DNA of 64,000 bases from contig OX597833.1 in NCBI GenBank assembly GCA_951406725.2, positions 19,902,001 to 19,966,000 on the forward strand, in the 5' to 3' direction. This DNA comes from Octopus vulgaris (taxonomy: Eukaryota). The translations under genes and the position numbers were made by a program. The notes under the pieces are model-generated. The model did no database searches. It was not told where the DNA came from and was given only the letters and a program-made list of their open reading frames with translations. This document shows, piece by piece, positions 36,841 through 50,068 of the stretch (within the stretch, counting starts at the first letter, position 1; every line of letters starts with the position of its first letter).

Positions 36841-38740
36841 GTGTAAACATATATCTATACAGGCAGATGGCCTAATTGTTAAGGTGTTGCACTAATGATC
36901 ACGGTGCTTTGATTCAACTCCCAGACCAGGAGGTGCATGGTATTCTTGAGCAAGAACACTTCATTTCACATTGCAACAGTCCACTCAGCTGTAAATGGAC
37001 AACCCTATGACAGACTGGCATTCTGTCCAGGAAGAGAGATGTTGTGCTTTTGATCACTTATTCACCATAGGCCTGCCAGCCTAGCCAGCAGGGTGACATT
37101 GTTTGAAAGCTGCAACCATACAAGGAAGAGTAGTGACCAGCCATGCATAACAACATCTGACAGTCTGGTTGATACACAAACACACACAAGTTTGCACCAC
37201 TCCTACTGATTCACAAATGAAGCACAAGCCATCAAGAGAACTTCTATATGAATGCTTGAACCAGCAGCAAATATCCTTAATACAACACACTACCTTAAAA
37301 TAAAACTACAACAGATTAGATAATATAGCCCTAACTACATGGTTTCGGGTTCAGTCCCACTGCGTGGCACTTTGGGTAGGTGTCTTCCACTATAGCCCCG
37401 AGCCGACCGGAGCTTTGTGATTGAATTCGGTAGGTGGAAGTTACTGCCGTGTGTGTATGTGTGCGTATAGCTGCTCAGTGCCTCTCCAAAAGAGAGAGAG
37501 GGTATACATATATACTCTGACTGTAAAAATAAAAAAATATGGTAACAACTGTAACACATATAATCATAGACTTGCACAATAACGTCTGTCCTAGGGTTAA
37601 ACAAAGACAATAAAACTTGCAAATGAAGTACAAGCATCTTCTTATATCTGCAGCTGAAAATATGCTATTGGTAGACAAAAAAAAAATTAACAGTTTTATG
37701 CAGCAGAGCACTGTTAATTGGTAGATGTTTTATTAATGTACAGTTTTATGTACCACAGGCATAGTTCAGAGAGATGCACCAATTGTTACACCATAGACTA
37801 ACAAAATCTGCAGTGGTTGCTCCGACAAAACAGATCTGTCAACCTACCTTATCTAGTGATGACATTTAAAGCTGTTTACAACAGTAGAAGGTTAAGCTAG
37901 CTCAAATAGAAGATTCTGGAACTGGTGTCAATTATCTCTCTATATAAATGTTAGCTGTAACAACTGACATGTATTAACATTGAAAATACAAAAAACTAAA
38001 AAAAACAAAAAAAACTACTTGGGTGATTCTGGCATGAAGAGCTTTCAAGTTGTGTGACAGTGAGGTGACAAGTAGGTCATCACAGCAAATATTCCCATGG
38101 AGTGAGTTGCATAAGTTTACCTTTCCCTCCAAGGCCTATCAATAGTAGGCTAATAAGCTGGGGTACCAGCTGGAGAGCTTGGTTTCACTGAGAAAGCTTA
38201 TCAAAAAATGAGATTAGCTTATGGAAAATGGGGAAGAATGGAAGATATAAAATGTGAGAACCCCTTGTTTCTTACAGAAAGGTAATAATTTACCAATAAT
38301 TGCATGAGTAAATACATGATTACATGCGAGATGATTTTTCAGCATATAAGTTGAATTTTTTAGGCCAAAATTAACAGCCATAAAAGATAGGTCATCTTAT
38401 ACACCAAGACAACTTTGGAAGGCCAATTCCATGTAAAATGCAGCTGGATTTGTAGAGATAGTGATGATTTTTAAATGCCTCCATTATATGCTATATCAAC
38501 TTGTATGTTGGAAAATACAATGTAACAAGAACAACTTCTACAGAATTGTTAGAGCCACCTAGTACACAGACATTATCTTGTCCGTTTGTAATATAGGACT
38601 ACTTTTTCCAGTTTGTCCTTCCCTAATTCATGATGGCACAATGTGATTTGAGAGAGATTTGGCTGCAGTATGTAGCAAATTGAATGTAGTGCAAAGACCA
38701 TTCCTAGTTGGCTCAAAGAAATTTTGTTGTATAACTCTGA

Positions 38741-39071
38741 GACCCCCTTCGGTCACGACACAGACCATAGGATTGCACCTAGAAAGTTACTCTCCCAGGC
38801 ACAAGTCCAGGCAAGGTTGTTTATGGAAGACTAGTAGTCGCCCATGCATACCGACCTCCCCTCTCCATGCCACCGTGTTATCCAAGGGAAAGGCAAAGGC
38901 CGATACATCTTGGCACCTGTGATGTCGCAACTCATTTCTACAGCTGGGTGAACTGGAGCAAAGTGAAATAAAGTCTCTTGCTCAAGAACACAACACGCAG
39001 CCCAGTCCGGGATTCAAGCTCATAACCTCATGATCGTAAGCTCAACGCTCTAACCACTGAGTCATGCGCCT
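38741..39071 (-). mobile_element. tRNA-derived SINE, family D
   Basis: Minus-strand head AGGCGCATGACTCAGTGGTTAGAGCG...GAATCCCGG; related heads at ~46025-46330 (-) and ~36860-37030 (+). Confidence 0.7.
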
Positions 39072-39194
39072 TTACATAGTGCATAACTCTAGCTCAGTCA
39101 TAATCAAACAGAACCATGATGACTGGTATTCCAACCAAGACAATCATGGCATCTGTATATCGAGAAGTTGTAAATTGTTCAATGCAGTCTTTAT

Positions 39195-39418
39195 TTAACC
39201 CTTTAGTGTTTCAACTGGTCATATCCAGCTTAAATATTCCAGCTTTTTTTATTATGCTTAATCTGGTAAGATTCAGCCTCTTACCAACAATGTCATTCTA
39301 AAACTAAACAAACAAACCATTGAAATCTTAAAGCTACAAGACAATGCATGATCAATTCAAAAGAAGGTGAATAAATAAGTATTACATATGACAGTAAATC
39401 TGAATGCTAAAGGGTTAA
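39195..39418. mobile_element. piggyBac-type MITE
   Basis: TTAACCCTTTAG ... CTAAAGGGTTAA. Confidence 0.8.
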
Positions 39419-40529
39419 GATTGTATAGTCTGATTTGAAAGAGTTTTGACTGCTATTTTTAACAAGATGTGTGAACATCTATCAGCTGTCTGTTGATAAA
39501 ATTATCTGCCAATGAACAATTCTTGTTCTCCCTCTCTCTTCTTATGTCCTACACTTCTTATTTCATATATTTAGAAGACATGGTGGAACTAACAGTCTAG
39601 TTAGCCCATTACTTCATTGAAGTGGTAGTTACCTTTAGAGTTGGCATGAGTTTTGATGAATTTAGGGAAGGTGATAGAAGGGGAGGTTTTTCTCCCCTTC
39701 TACATATGTGCCAACACCATAGTATTTATCATTATTATTAGATGTACACAATAGTGGAGCCATATGTCATCAATTAAGCTAAGCAACAATGAGTTAGATA
39801 TAATCATTACAGAGATGTTTATGTCATCTTTGTCACACGTGTAAAGTCATTAATACTATTACATACACAATAGTGTGTGCCATGTGTTATAAATGAAGTG
39901 AAATAACAAATGTTGCCATGCATTCGTTATACAATATACACGATTGATTGAAGCTCAATTTATGTCATCCCTTGTCACACCAGTAATCTTTGAATGCTTG
40001 TTCATAGTTTACAAGTCCTTCAATTCAATACAAACCCTTCACAGGCATTCGATGTCAAGCAAATTCTCTCCAAAGTATATTTTTGGATACCTGTGAAGAC
40101 TTGGAAACAGTTTACATCCAAGCAATGCTTTCTAAAGCTAATCTCTTACCAAATTAGAGATAGCATCACTAAATATTAGGTTTAATGAGACACGATATCC
40201 GGCCAAAAGTATTCTGCCTGTTTTATGTTCAAACTGGCCAGATCTGGTCTCTCACACCAACCCTATAATATCATTTTAAAAATTAACAGCTACCTCATCA
40301 AAATCTCATAACTACAAGATTAATGAATGATTAGTTCAAAACAATGTGGAGTAAAAAGGATTTATTTTGGCAGAATAATGCAAACACTAAAGGGTTAAGC
40401 CCAGTAGCAGAATCTGAAAGCATGACTATTTTAGATTCAATAATTAACAAGAGCTAGGGTGTACTCGTACATCTAATGACAACTACAAGAGGAGATAACT
40501 AAATCAAGAATATATATATCCATACTCAC

Positions 40530-40710
40530 TTGTTGAAAAATTTACCGACTCTTTCTGAATGACAGTAGACTGTATGGAAGATCCAGGAGAAGCCCAGACA
40601 TAAGATTGCACCAGCGAAAAATGCTGAGAATACAGCCTTTTCTTGCCACTGTATTTCTACGGAGGGTCGTGTAAGGAAATAGATTGCAACACCTATAAAT
40701 GCTATGAAAC
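40530..40710 (-). CDS. ADIPOR: AdipoR coding exon 3 (GFIAFIG...FSWIFHTVYCHSERVGKFFNK)
   Basis: ctttccag acceptor, AA|gtgagt donor, 181 nt, phase 1 to 2; SxxxH motif. Confidence 0.96.
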
Positions 40711-40785
40711 CTGGAAAGAAAGCAAAATTAAAATCAAATAAAAAAAGAAATGAATTGCAAATTATATACATATATACATGGTTCA

Positions 40786-41157
40786 GGCATGGTCGTGGGG
40801 TAAGAAGTTTGCTTCCTAACCACATGATTTCAGGTTCAGTTCCATTCCATGGCAGCTAGGGCAATTGTCAACTACTATAGCTTTGAGCTGACCAAAGACT
40901 TGTGAGTGAATTTGGTAGGTGGAAACTGAAAGAAGCCTATTGTATGTGTATGTGTTTGTTCCCATTTGTCCCCCAGCACTGCTTGTCAATAGGTGTTGGT
41001 GTGTTTATGTCCCCATCAATTAATAATTCAACATAAGAGACTGATAAAATAAGTATCAGGCTTTGAAAAAAAATATGTACTGGGGTCAATGCATTTGACT
41101 AAAATTCCAGGCAGTGCTCCAGTATGGCCTCAGTCTAAAGACCGAAACAAGTAACAG
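40786..41157 (+). mobile_element. SINE family A, older copy
   Basis: Diverged match to the family. Confidence 0.75.
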
Positions 41158-41503
41158 AATGTGTTTGGGTGTATGTGTTAGTGTGACACATTTGAATGTA
41201 CAAGACAAGAGGAAAAACTACTCAACAGAATGTAAGTATTTATTAGAGTGCTTGAAATACTGTCACTGTTTTAAATTTTGCAAATCCTCAATGGTCATGT
41301 AACTAAAGCCTAGAGTACAAAGCACAGTAGTGCATATGATAAATATACTGGAAATGAGTACTGTATACACCAGAGCAAAGTGGGTAGTCTTTATGAAAAA
41401 TTGTAATAATTAAAGCAAATGCATCTCTAGCATAAGAAAAAGGGACGTAGAAACAATAGAAATAAAAATTAAGAAAAGAGATTAAAACAAAAAGAAAATG
41501 AAT

Positions 41504-41905
41504 ATGGCTGTGTGGTAAGTAGTTTGTTTACGAACCACATGGTTCCGGGTTCAGTCCCACTGCGTGGCACCTTGGGCAAGTGTCTTCTACTATAGCCTCG
41601 GGCTGACCAAAGCCTTGTGAGTGGATTTGGTAGATAGAAACTGAAAGAAGCCCGACATATATATGTATGTATGTATGTGTGTGCGTGTGTATATGTTTGT
41701 GTGTCTGTGTTTGTCCCCTCAACATTGCTAGACAACCGATGCCGGTGTGTTTACGTCCCCGTAACTTAGCGGTTCAGCAAAAGAGACCGATAGAATAAGT
41801 ACTAGGCTTACAAAGAATAAGTCCTGGGATCGATTTGCTTGACTAAAGGCAGTGCTCCAGCATGGCCACAGTCAAATGACTGAAACAAGTAAAAGAGTAA
41901 AAGAG
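41504..41905 (+). mobile_element. SINE family A
   Basis: Near full-length match to the family. Confidence 0.88.
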
Positions 41906-42478
41906 TGTTATATGTGTGTGTGCCTGAAGAGTAATTAATGTTTTGGTTCAGACATGACTGTGTGGTTGAGAAGTTTGCTTCCTAACCATGTGGTCTTGGG
42001 TTCAATCCCACTGTGTGGCACATTAGCTAATGTTTTCTACTCTAGCCCAGGATGACCAAAACCTTGTGAGGGGATCTAGTAGAAGGCAGCCCATTGTTTG
42101 TTTGTTTGTATGTATGTATGTATGCATGCGTGTGTGGTGTGTGTATGTATACCCTTGTGTAGGGATCATATACCCCAACAAAAAATGTGTCTGATTCATG
42201 CAAGCATGGAAAAGTGGATGTTAAGTGATGGTAATTTAATATTAGGAGGTCAAAAGAAGCACAGAGAAGTCATCATAGTATATTTACTTATTAATGCGCC
42301 CTTTTCAAGCCTAGCCAGGTTCATGGGCCAGGTTTCCTGGTTTCTGTGGCGCATGTGTTCTCCCCAGCTGGACGGGACGCCAGTCCATCACAGCATTACT
42401 CAAGAAACAGGAAGAGAGAACAAAAGAAAGGTTGCCATGTAACTTGCAAGACCAAAGTACCCCCTTGACTGAGCAGGA

Positions 42479-42536
<58 letters not shown>

Positions 42537-42714
42537 CATATTCTCCCACACAGTAGTCCAACCCATGTCAGCATGGAACATATGGACATTAAATGATGAT
42601 TACATATATGAAGAGCAATGTAGATTGCTTGAAGCATTGTAGTACAGAAGTAGTATAATAGATAAAATGAGAAATAAGGCGAGCTTCCATTTCATCTATT
42701 ATTCTACTTGAAGG

Positions 42715-42748
<34 letters not shown>

Positions 42749-43188
42749 ATAAAGAAGCCCATTGTGTGTGTACATATATGTGAGTGTGGGTGTGCATGCA
42801 TGTACACACATAAGTGTCTATGGATTTGTTTATACCTGCACTTACTCATACAAGTGTTTATATGTGCACTCACTCATACAAGTGCTGTAATATATATATA
42901 TATATATATATATCCTTCTGGTTGTGTAAAGCATTCATGGTGGTGCCACGTAAAAGCGTCTGTGCGACATCATGTAAAAGTGCCCCTGTGATGCCACATA
43001 GAAATGCCCGTACAGTGCTACATAAAAGCAGCCAGCACACTCTGTAAAGTGGTTTGCTTTAAGAAGGGCATTCAACTGTAGAAACCATTCCAAATCAGAC
43101 TGGAGTTTGGTGCAGCTCCCTGGCTTACCAGCACTGGTCACACCGTCCAACCTATGTCAGCACGGACAATGGACGTTAAATGATGATT

Positions 43189-43588
43189 GGCTGTGTGGTA
43201 AGTAGCTTGTTTACCAACCACATGGTTCCGGGTTCAGTCCCACTGTGTGGCACCTTGGGCAAGTGTCTTCTACTATAGCCTCGGGCCAACCAAAGCCTTG
43301 TGAGTGGATTTGGTAGATGGAAACTGAAAGAAGCCCGTCGTATATATGTATATATATATATGTGTGTGTGTGTATATGTTTGTGTATCTGTGTTTGTCCC
43401 CTAGCATTGCTTGACAACCGATGCTGGTGTGTTTATGTCCCCGTCACTTAGCGGTTCGGCAAAAAGAGACCGATAGAATAAGTACTGGGCTTACAAACGA
43501 ATAAGTCCCGGGGTCGAGTTGCTCGATTAAAGGCGGTGCTCCAGCATGGCCGCAGTCAAATGACTGAAACAAGTAAAAGAGTAAAAGA
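43189..43588 (+). mobile_element. SINE family A, directly after an RTE 3' end (~42950-43187)
   Basis: Near full-length match to the family. Confidence 0.88.
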
Positions 43589-44692
43589 ATTCAGTATCAC
43601 TGAGGTGCTTTTTACGTGTCACCAGCATGGGTGCCTATTACTTGACACCAGCATCGACCATGGCTGCAATTTCACTTGGCTTCATGATATATCTGTCTGT
43701 ATAGATGCAAGCATGGCTGTACAGTTAAGAAGTTTGCTTACCAACCACATGGTTCTGGGTTCAGTCCCACCACATGGTACTTTAGACATGTGTCTTTTGC
43801 TTTGGCCCAAAGCTGACTAAATCCTTGTGGTTGAATTTAGTAGATGAAAACTGAAAGAACTTGTGTGCGTGTGTGTGTATGCATATTTGTCTCTTTGTTT
43901 TGGCATTACGTAACGGTTGTAAATGAAAGCCACTGTTGTACAATCAGTGTCCACCATTTCCAGTATTCCAGTAGTGTGTGAAAATATATTTGATCATAGG
44001 GAAAACAGGTGAGGGCTGGCAACAGGAAGGGCATCCAGTCATAGAAAATCTGCCTCAATAAACTCTGACCCATGCAAACATGGAAAAGTGGACATTGGAA
44101 CGATGATGACACATGTGCTTGGAATCAATCTCCATTGATTTTTGACAATGGCAATTAAATTCAATCAAATGAATTAGCATAGTAATATTTTCCCATAGCT
44201 ACATGGTTTTCATGGAAGACTGGAAAGAAACAACCCTGTGTGTAGGATGATGCTCATTTATAACCTGCTTGCGATTTCTTAACTACATGGTTTTGAGATC
44301 CAGCAGCACCTTGGACAAGTATCTCCCACTATAGCTTTGGGCTGATCATAGCCTTGTGAGTGAGTTGATTTAGTGGACAGAGGTTGAAGGAGGCCTGTCA
44401 TGTGTGTGTGTGTGTTACCATCACCTTGCCATGACATCACATGATAGTAGTAAGCTAGTGTCACTGTAATGCAAGCAGTGTCCAACGCTTACAATCTTCT
44501 GTGAAATATGTCTGGCCATGGGGAAACATAACTTGCTTGGAAACAAGTGAGGGTTGGAAATAGGAATGGTATGTGGACATTGAAAATTTGCCTCTGCAAA
44601 TTCCATTTGACCAGTGTGGGCCTGGAAAAGTGGATGCGAAAACGACGATGGTGAAAGAGCGAGAGCAACTGAAATGAGTTTCTAATTCTTAC

Positions 44693-44969
44693 CTAACAAA
44701 TGTGTCCATATATTTCCTGTCTCTGTGTGAATTCGAAAGATGGACTTGAAGCAAGCTGCAAAAGAATTTGTGGGTGGCCTGTGCCCTTTCATAAGGTACT
44801 CATTGTCCTTTAGCCAGTCGGGTAGTGACGCATGGTGAGCTACCCGCCAGCCGGCCTCCCAAACTTTATGTACAAACTCCTCAGCATGTTCAACTGCTGC
44901 TCGACTGGTAGTTGAGATTATTTCTACTTTTGACCGGGGTGGTAACACGTTATCTTGACCTTCATCAAT
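44693..44969 (-). CDS. ADIPOR: AdipoR coding exon 2 (IDEGQDNV...LPDWLKDNEYLMKGHRPP...HTETGNIWTHLL)
   Basis: cattttag acceptor, G|gtaaga donor, 277 nt, phase 0 to 1; hallmark PAQR motifs. Confidence 0.96.
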
Positions 44970-46374
44970 CTAAAATGAAAATAATCAGTTGTGAAAAGAT
45001 TTGCATTTACACAAGAAAATTGCAAACAAAATATTAAAGTAAAAAGATATACACACACACACTTATATATAAAAGTAATTGTTTATAAAAGCCAACATAC
45101 TAGTAGTACTTTGGAGTAAGGAAAATGCTACAATACTCCATTTAGTAGTTAAGAACATTTTGGCTACATTGCATAAATTTTTTTTTTTTTCGGAAAATCA
45201 TCCTTATATTACTCACTGTCCTTTTTCAAAACATTCAGAACATTTCATTAGCTGTAGTTCCATTTTCAATATAATTGTTACAAAATCTTTAATTGCATTA
45301 GAGAAAATTTAGCAGCTACTTTAGTATAAACATATTTTGAACATTACATGTTTGTCCCGATTAGTACTTTAAAACTTATGCAGTTAGTATGAAGAAGAAA
45401 ATATATTTCATATATCATTGGCATAGACATAAAACTTCTTACTGACAGATTTTTGTCATTAGTCAACTCTAATGCTTGACATATGCATACTTTATAAAGA
45501 ATTACTGCGAAAAGTTTACCCTATTTATAAGGGATAAATACACAGAAGAAAAACTACTCTTGTAGATAATCAATAGTTATTCCTAGTAACACCTGACAAA
45601 GTGATAAAGCAAGTTAATTTTATGTTAAGAGAGGAGATAGAGAGAGGAGGAAAGCGGAAGAGAAAACTGGGGATGGAAACAAACATACAAAAATCAAAGA
45701 ATTACAGTTGAGTAAAATTACAATTGGATTTGGTTATTTGTAGACCATATGACTATGTTCTGTCATAAAGGACACTGCTGAGAAGTGAAGCCAAAAAGCA
45801 AACAGAAATAAGGAAAACTTAAATCCAACTCATCCCAATGTTTTTTTTTTTTTTGGAGAATGAGTTTTGCAACTCATTGAGAGAACAGAAATGAGTATTG
45901 GGGGAAAAAACTAATTACCAAAAAATGATTTAGAAGTATATTAAACATGTAAAGTATTTGATGACCAAAACCAAAGCTTTATTCCAGTGAATGTAGAATT
46001 CATCTGGACTATTTCAACAACTGGAATAGAAATATAATGATGGACTCTCCCGCTGAAGATGACATGTGAGTTTCAGCTTTTGGTGAATGACCAGCACAAA
46101 TGATTTGTTTATAATGATCAAATGTATGTGCTGTACATAAGCTCCCTCCATCCATCAAATCAATGTTACCTGAACAGGTGCACAGTGTACCACGTATCAG
46201 GTGTTCAAGTGATTGAAGAGCAATGTGAGATGAAGTGTTTTGCTCAAGAACACAAAGCACCACCCAGTCTCAGAATTGAACCACAATCTTGCAATCGTGA
46301 GTGCAACACCCTAACCACCATGCCATGTGTTCTCACATAAATATAATAAATAATGAAAAAAGAACTTTTTGTGT

Positions 46375-46748
46375 ATGTGCCGGTGGCACATAAAAAGCAC
46401 CATCCTAACGTGGCCAATGCCAGCGCCACCTCGACTGGCTTCTCTGCCGGTGGCACGTAAAAAGCACCATCCGAGCATGACCGATGCCAGTGCCGCCCTG
46501 ACTGGCTTCCGTGCCAGTGGCACGTTAAAAGCACCAACCGATCATGGCCGCTGCCAGACTCCCCTGGCACTTGTACCGGTGGCACGTAAAAAGCACCCAC
46601 TACACTCGCAGAGTGGTTGGCGTCCAGCTGTAGAAACACTGCCGGATCAGACTGGAGCCTGGTGCAGCCTCCTGGCTTCCCAGACCCCAGTCGAACCGTC
46701 CAACCCGTGCTAGCGCGGAAAACGGACGTTAAACAATGATGATGATGA
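46375..46748 (+). mobile_element. RTE 3'UTR fragment with (GAT)n tail
   Basis: Reverse complement of 2553-2935. Confidence 0.85.
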
Positions 46749-46826
46749 TCTGTAAATCTTCTTTGTATAATAGACAATTTGTCTGCAGCCATTAATGCTC
46801 TTGCGTGCAGATGTTTGAACCAAATA

Positions 46827-47725
46827 TTGGGTCGTCAGATAAATTCCTTCATTTCTTTCCAATTTGAATTAACATGAAAAATATTTTTAGCATAATCTTT
46901 TAGGCTTTTCTTTTTTCTTTTTTTTTTTGTGGCTTCATTTTTGGTCTACAACTTTTGTTTATTGTTTTTGAAATTTGAATAAATTTTACCTCTTTTCAAA
47001 CATATGGTGATGGAGTGCCAAATAGAACAAAAAACCAAAAAAAAAGAGCATTTTTAATACTCGTTTCTCTTTGTTTTTAATTAGGGTTCCAAAGCTGTCA
47101 AAGCCACTTGAGACATTTGTGCTGTGTACAGAGAAGGTGCTATTACTGAAAGAATTGCACAGAAATGGTTTTCACACTTGCAGGATGAAGGAATTCAACT
47201 TCACTGACTCTTTGTATTTGGTCAACCTGTTCAGTTTAATGAGGAATGATTGAACAAGGTTATCTACAAGAATCTATGCCAACCCACCAAGGAATTGGTC
47301 CAACAGATGGAAAGCTTTCATGATACTGTCACAACCAGCAACACAGCATGCAACTTCAACATGACAATGTTTGCCCACCCCACATCATTACTTTGGACCA
47401 AAAACTCGGTTGGCAAGTTCTACTGCCCTCATTGTATTCTCTTGATATAACACCTTCAGATAATCCCTTTTTCAGTCACCCAGTCACAACAGTCTGCAAA
47501 GCATTTCATTCAACGATGATATGGAGCTGAAAACAGAGCTTGAATTCTTTCAGTCAAGACCCGGTGATTTCTACTGTCAAGGCACTGACGAGCTAGTGGA
47601 ACATTGGCAAGATATCATAAACAACAAAGGAGAATATATTATTGATTGATTTATTAAGATTGGCCATGAAAAATAAGGATTAAAATAAACAAAATAAAAA
47701 TGAATGAATTTATTTGACAACCCAA
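46827..47725 (+). mobile_element. Internally deleted mariner (Tc1/mariner) transposon
   Basis: TA|TTGGGTCGTCAGATAAATTC ... GAATTTATTTGACAACCCAA|TA TIRs; LYSLDITPSDNPFF corresponds to the mariner YSPDLAPSD.HLF motif. Confidence 0.85.
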
Positions 47726-49148
47726 TATCTGGACTGAGGATAATCTATCAATTAAGGTTTCTTCCTCTCCTTTCCCTCCATCAGTCTCAAAGGCTAGAAA
47801 AAAATTGGCAAGATTGAATGAAACTCATCAGCTTGGATAAACTGCCAACCTCAACAGAGATATTTTGTCAGTAAGTGTATTGTAGTGTAGGGCCTTGTGG
47901 AGGTCAACTCAGCACTGCAAGTTAACAAAACACTTGTTAATTACACAGTGCTCCCACTCCTTGAAACAGTGAACTCTACCTATTTGAAGAAATATCTACA
48001 GGGCTAGGAAAAGATTAGTGTCTTGGTTATGGACACAGTACAGTAGTTACATAGCTATATGAACCATCAACTGTCTAATAATCAAATATTTTATTGAATC
48101 AGCTGGTGGTGACGATTTTCTCCAAAATAATTATTTTACACGGAGTAAAACTAGCCCCACTTAAAAAGAAGAAAAAAAATAACCTTATTTTAATTTCTTT
48201 TCGTTTTAATCTTTTAAATTACAACTCACTAATTTTCTTAACTTATTTCCATTTGGTACTAATTTATAACAAAAACCTGTCATTTAAAAACATCCTGCTG
48301 TATAAAAGCAATCAGTAAGCAAATCGGAGATCAGTGTTAAGATCAAGACAAACTACTCTCCCACAATTAGCTCACCCACCACCACTCAATATCTGTAGGT
48401 GAAAAGATGCACGTTTACCAGCATTCAATAGATCAAAGACCATATTTCTTAGAAAAGTTCACTTAGCAAGACATTCCAAACACTATTTAATGACAAGCCC
48501 ATGCAGTGACACTAAGATATCTGGGTGTTGTATCATATTTCCAATGAGCATGTAAGTAAATAAAGCAAAGAAAAATAATAATGATAAAAAAAAAAAGGAA
48601 TTTGCCATAATCTTAAAATCAGGACATAATGTAAAAGAATAATTCCTTCTCCAAACATCAGCAGCTAGTTGGTCCTTATTCAAGGATTGCAATTCAACAC
48701 ATAGCAAACAATAATAATAATTTCTCAGTCACAAAGGCTACAAATTTAGCAGTGAGGAAGCAGTTGCTAATTTCAACCCTAGTACTTTACTGGTACTAGT
48801 ACTAATTCATCAGCCCCAATGGGATGAAAGGCAAAGCAAACTCTGGCATGATTTGAACTCAGAATGTAAAAGGCTTCAAACAGATACTGCAAGGTATGTT
48901 CCAATACTCTACTAAGTCTGCCATCCATTGCCTCATATTAATAATAATAATAAAAAAAAAGAGAAAATATGCAACAGACTTCCAACAAGAAACAAAATTA
49001 CACTGGTTTGTTTCTACATTGTTAGATATGAGGCAATTTAATAACAGATTTATTATTATTGTTATTATTATTATTATTATTGCCAGTGGTGGCTTCACAC
49101 TATAAGAATGTTGTATATAGAAACAATTTGAAAATTATATATATATAT

Positions 49149-49515
49149 AAACAATTGCAGCGTGGAAGGTGTTTATAAGCCATTTAAGAAACACACAAAC
49201 ACAATTAGATTCTCTTCAACATTTAAATTTAATTTGTCAAAATATTTTCGTCGCTTTGAGACTACAACCTGTTCACTGACAAAATTATGTGCTGCATCTC
49301 AGACATGCAGAGATGCAGCACAGAATTTTGTCAGTGAACAGTTCGCGGTCTCAAAGTGACGAAAATATTTTGACAAATTAAATTTAGATATTGAAGAGAA
49401 TCTAATTGTGTTTGTGTGTTTCATAAATGGCTTATAAACACCTTCCATGCTGCAATTGTTTTCGCTCCAGCACACAATCTCAGATCAGATCACTTGCTAT
49501 GCAAGTACATCTCCA
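49149..49515. mobile_element. Palindromic insertion in (TA)n, probably PLE-derived, with hammerhead-like motifs on both strands
   Basis: ~152-bp arms 49149-49300 and 49310-49461, 9-nt loop, one-sided tail to ~49515, (TA)n on both sides. Confidence 0.75.
49327..49377 (+). ncRNA. Minimal hammerhead-like motif (G3-C8 variant); mirror copy on - strand at ~49233-49283
   Basis: UUUGUCA GUGAACA G(U/G)UCGC-ggucucaaa-G(U/C)GAC GAAA AUAU UU^UGACAAA; 7-bp stem I, palindromic stem III. Confidence 0.55.
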
Positions 49516-49999
49516 TAATATATATATATATATGTACACACACACTTTTGTTCTGACAAATCAAATTAGCAATCAGTTGAAGCTCTAACTGAAAAGAACT
49601 CAATAAAGCACAACATTGACATTAAAAATAATAATAATAATAATAATAACAACAATAATTATAAATAAATAGATAAAACTTCAAAACATACTTTTACCAG
49701 AAAGAAAACAGAAAATTCTAAAACCTGAAAACCAAATATAATACATAAAATCTGATCTAATTTTGAGGTTAAAAAACATAAGAAATAAGTAGCTGCAGGA
49801 GCGCTCTAGATGAGGATTAGTAAGGATTAGTGATGCAAAAAAACTTAAATAAAAACATGAGTTAGTAGACACAAGAAGAACAAGGAGGAATGTTAAAAAT
49901 AATAATAAAACGAAAAAAAGGCAGTGTTTTAGAATTCTTAAAAGAGAGTTATTGTTATATGAATAAGCAAAAGTTCAATGACCGAGAGAGAGAGTTTAC

Positions 50000-50068
50000 C
50001 GATTTTGATTTTCTTTTATTAGCAAAAGGATTCATCAAATAAGTCTTTCGCCAGCCAAAACAGGATTC
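50000..50068 (-). CDS. ADIPOR: Candidate in-frame AdipoR cassette exon (ESCFGWRKTYLMNPFANKRKSKS)
   Basis: Long polypyrimidine tract + ctttag acceptor, TCG|gtaaac donor, 69 nt, open in phase 0 to 0 like the flanking exons. Confidence 0.55.

Noticed and set aside
6975-46792. Recurrent short ORFs such as ...RGYSRRHLPKVPRSGTEPGTMW... and ...FLQLDALPNANH...
   Set aside because: They are incidental frames in SINE and RTE 3'UTR copies, not a gene family.
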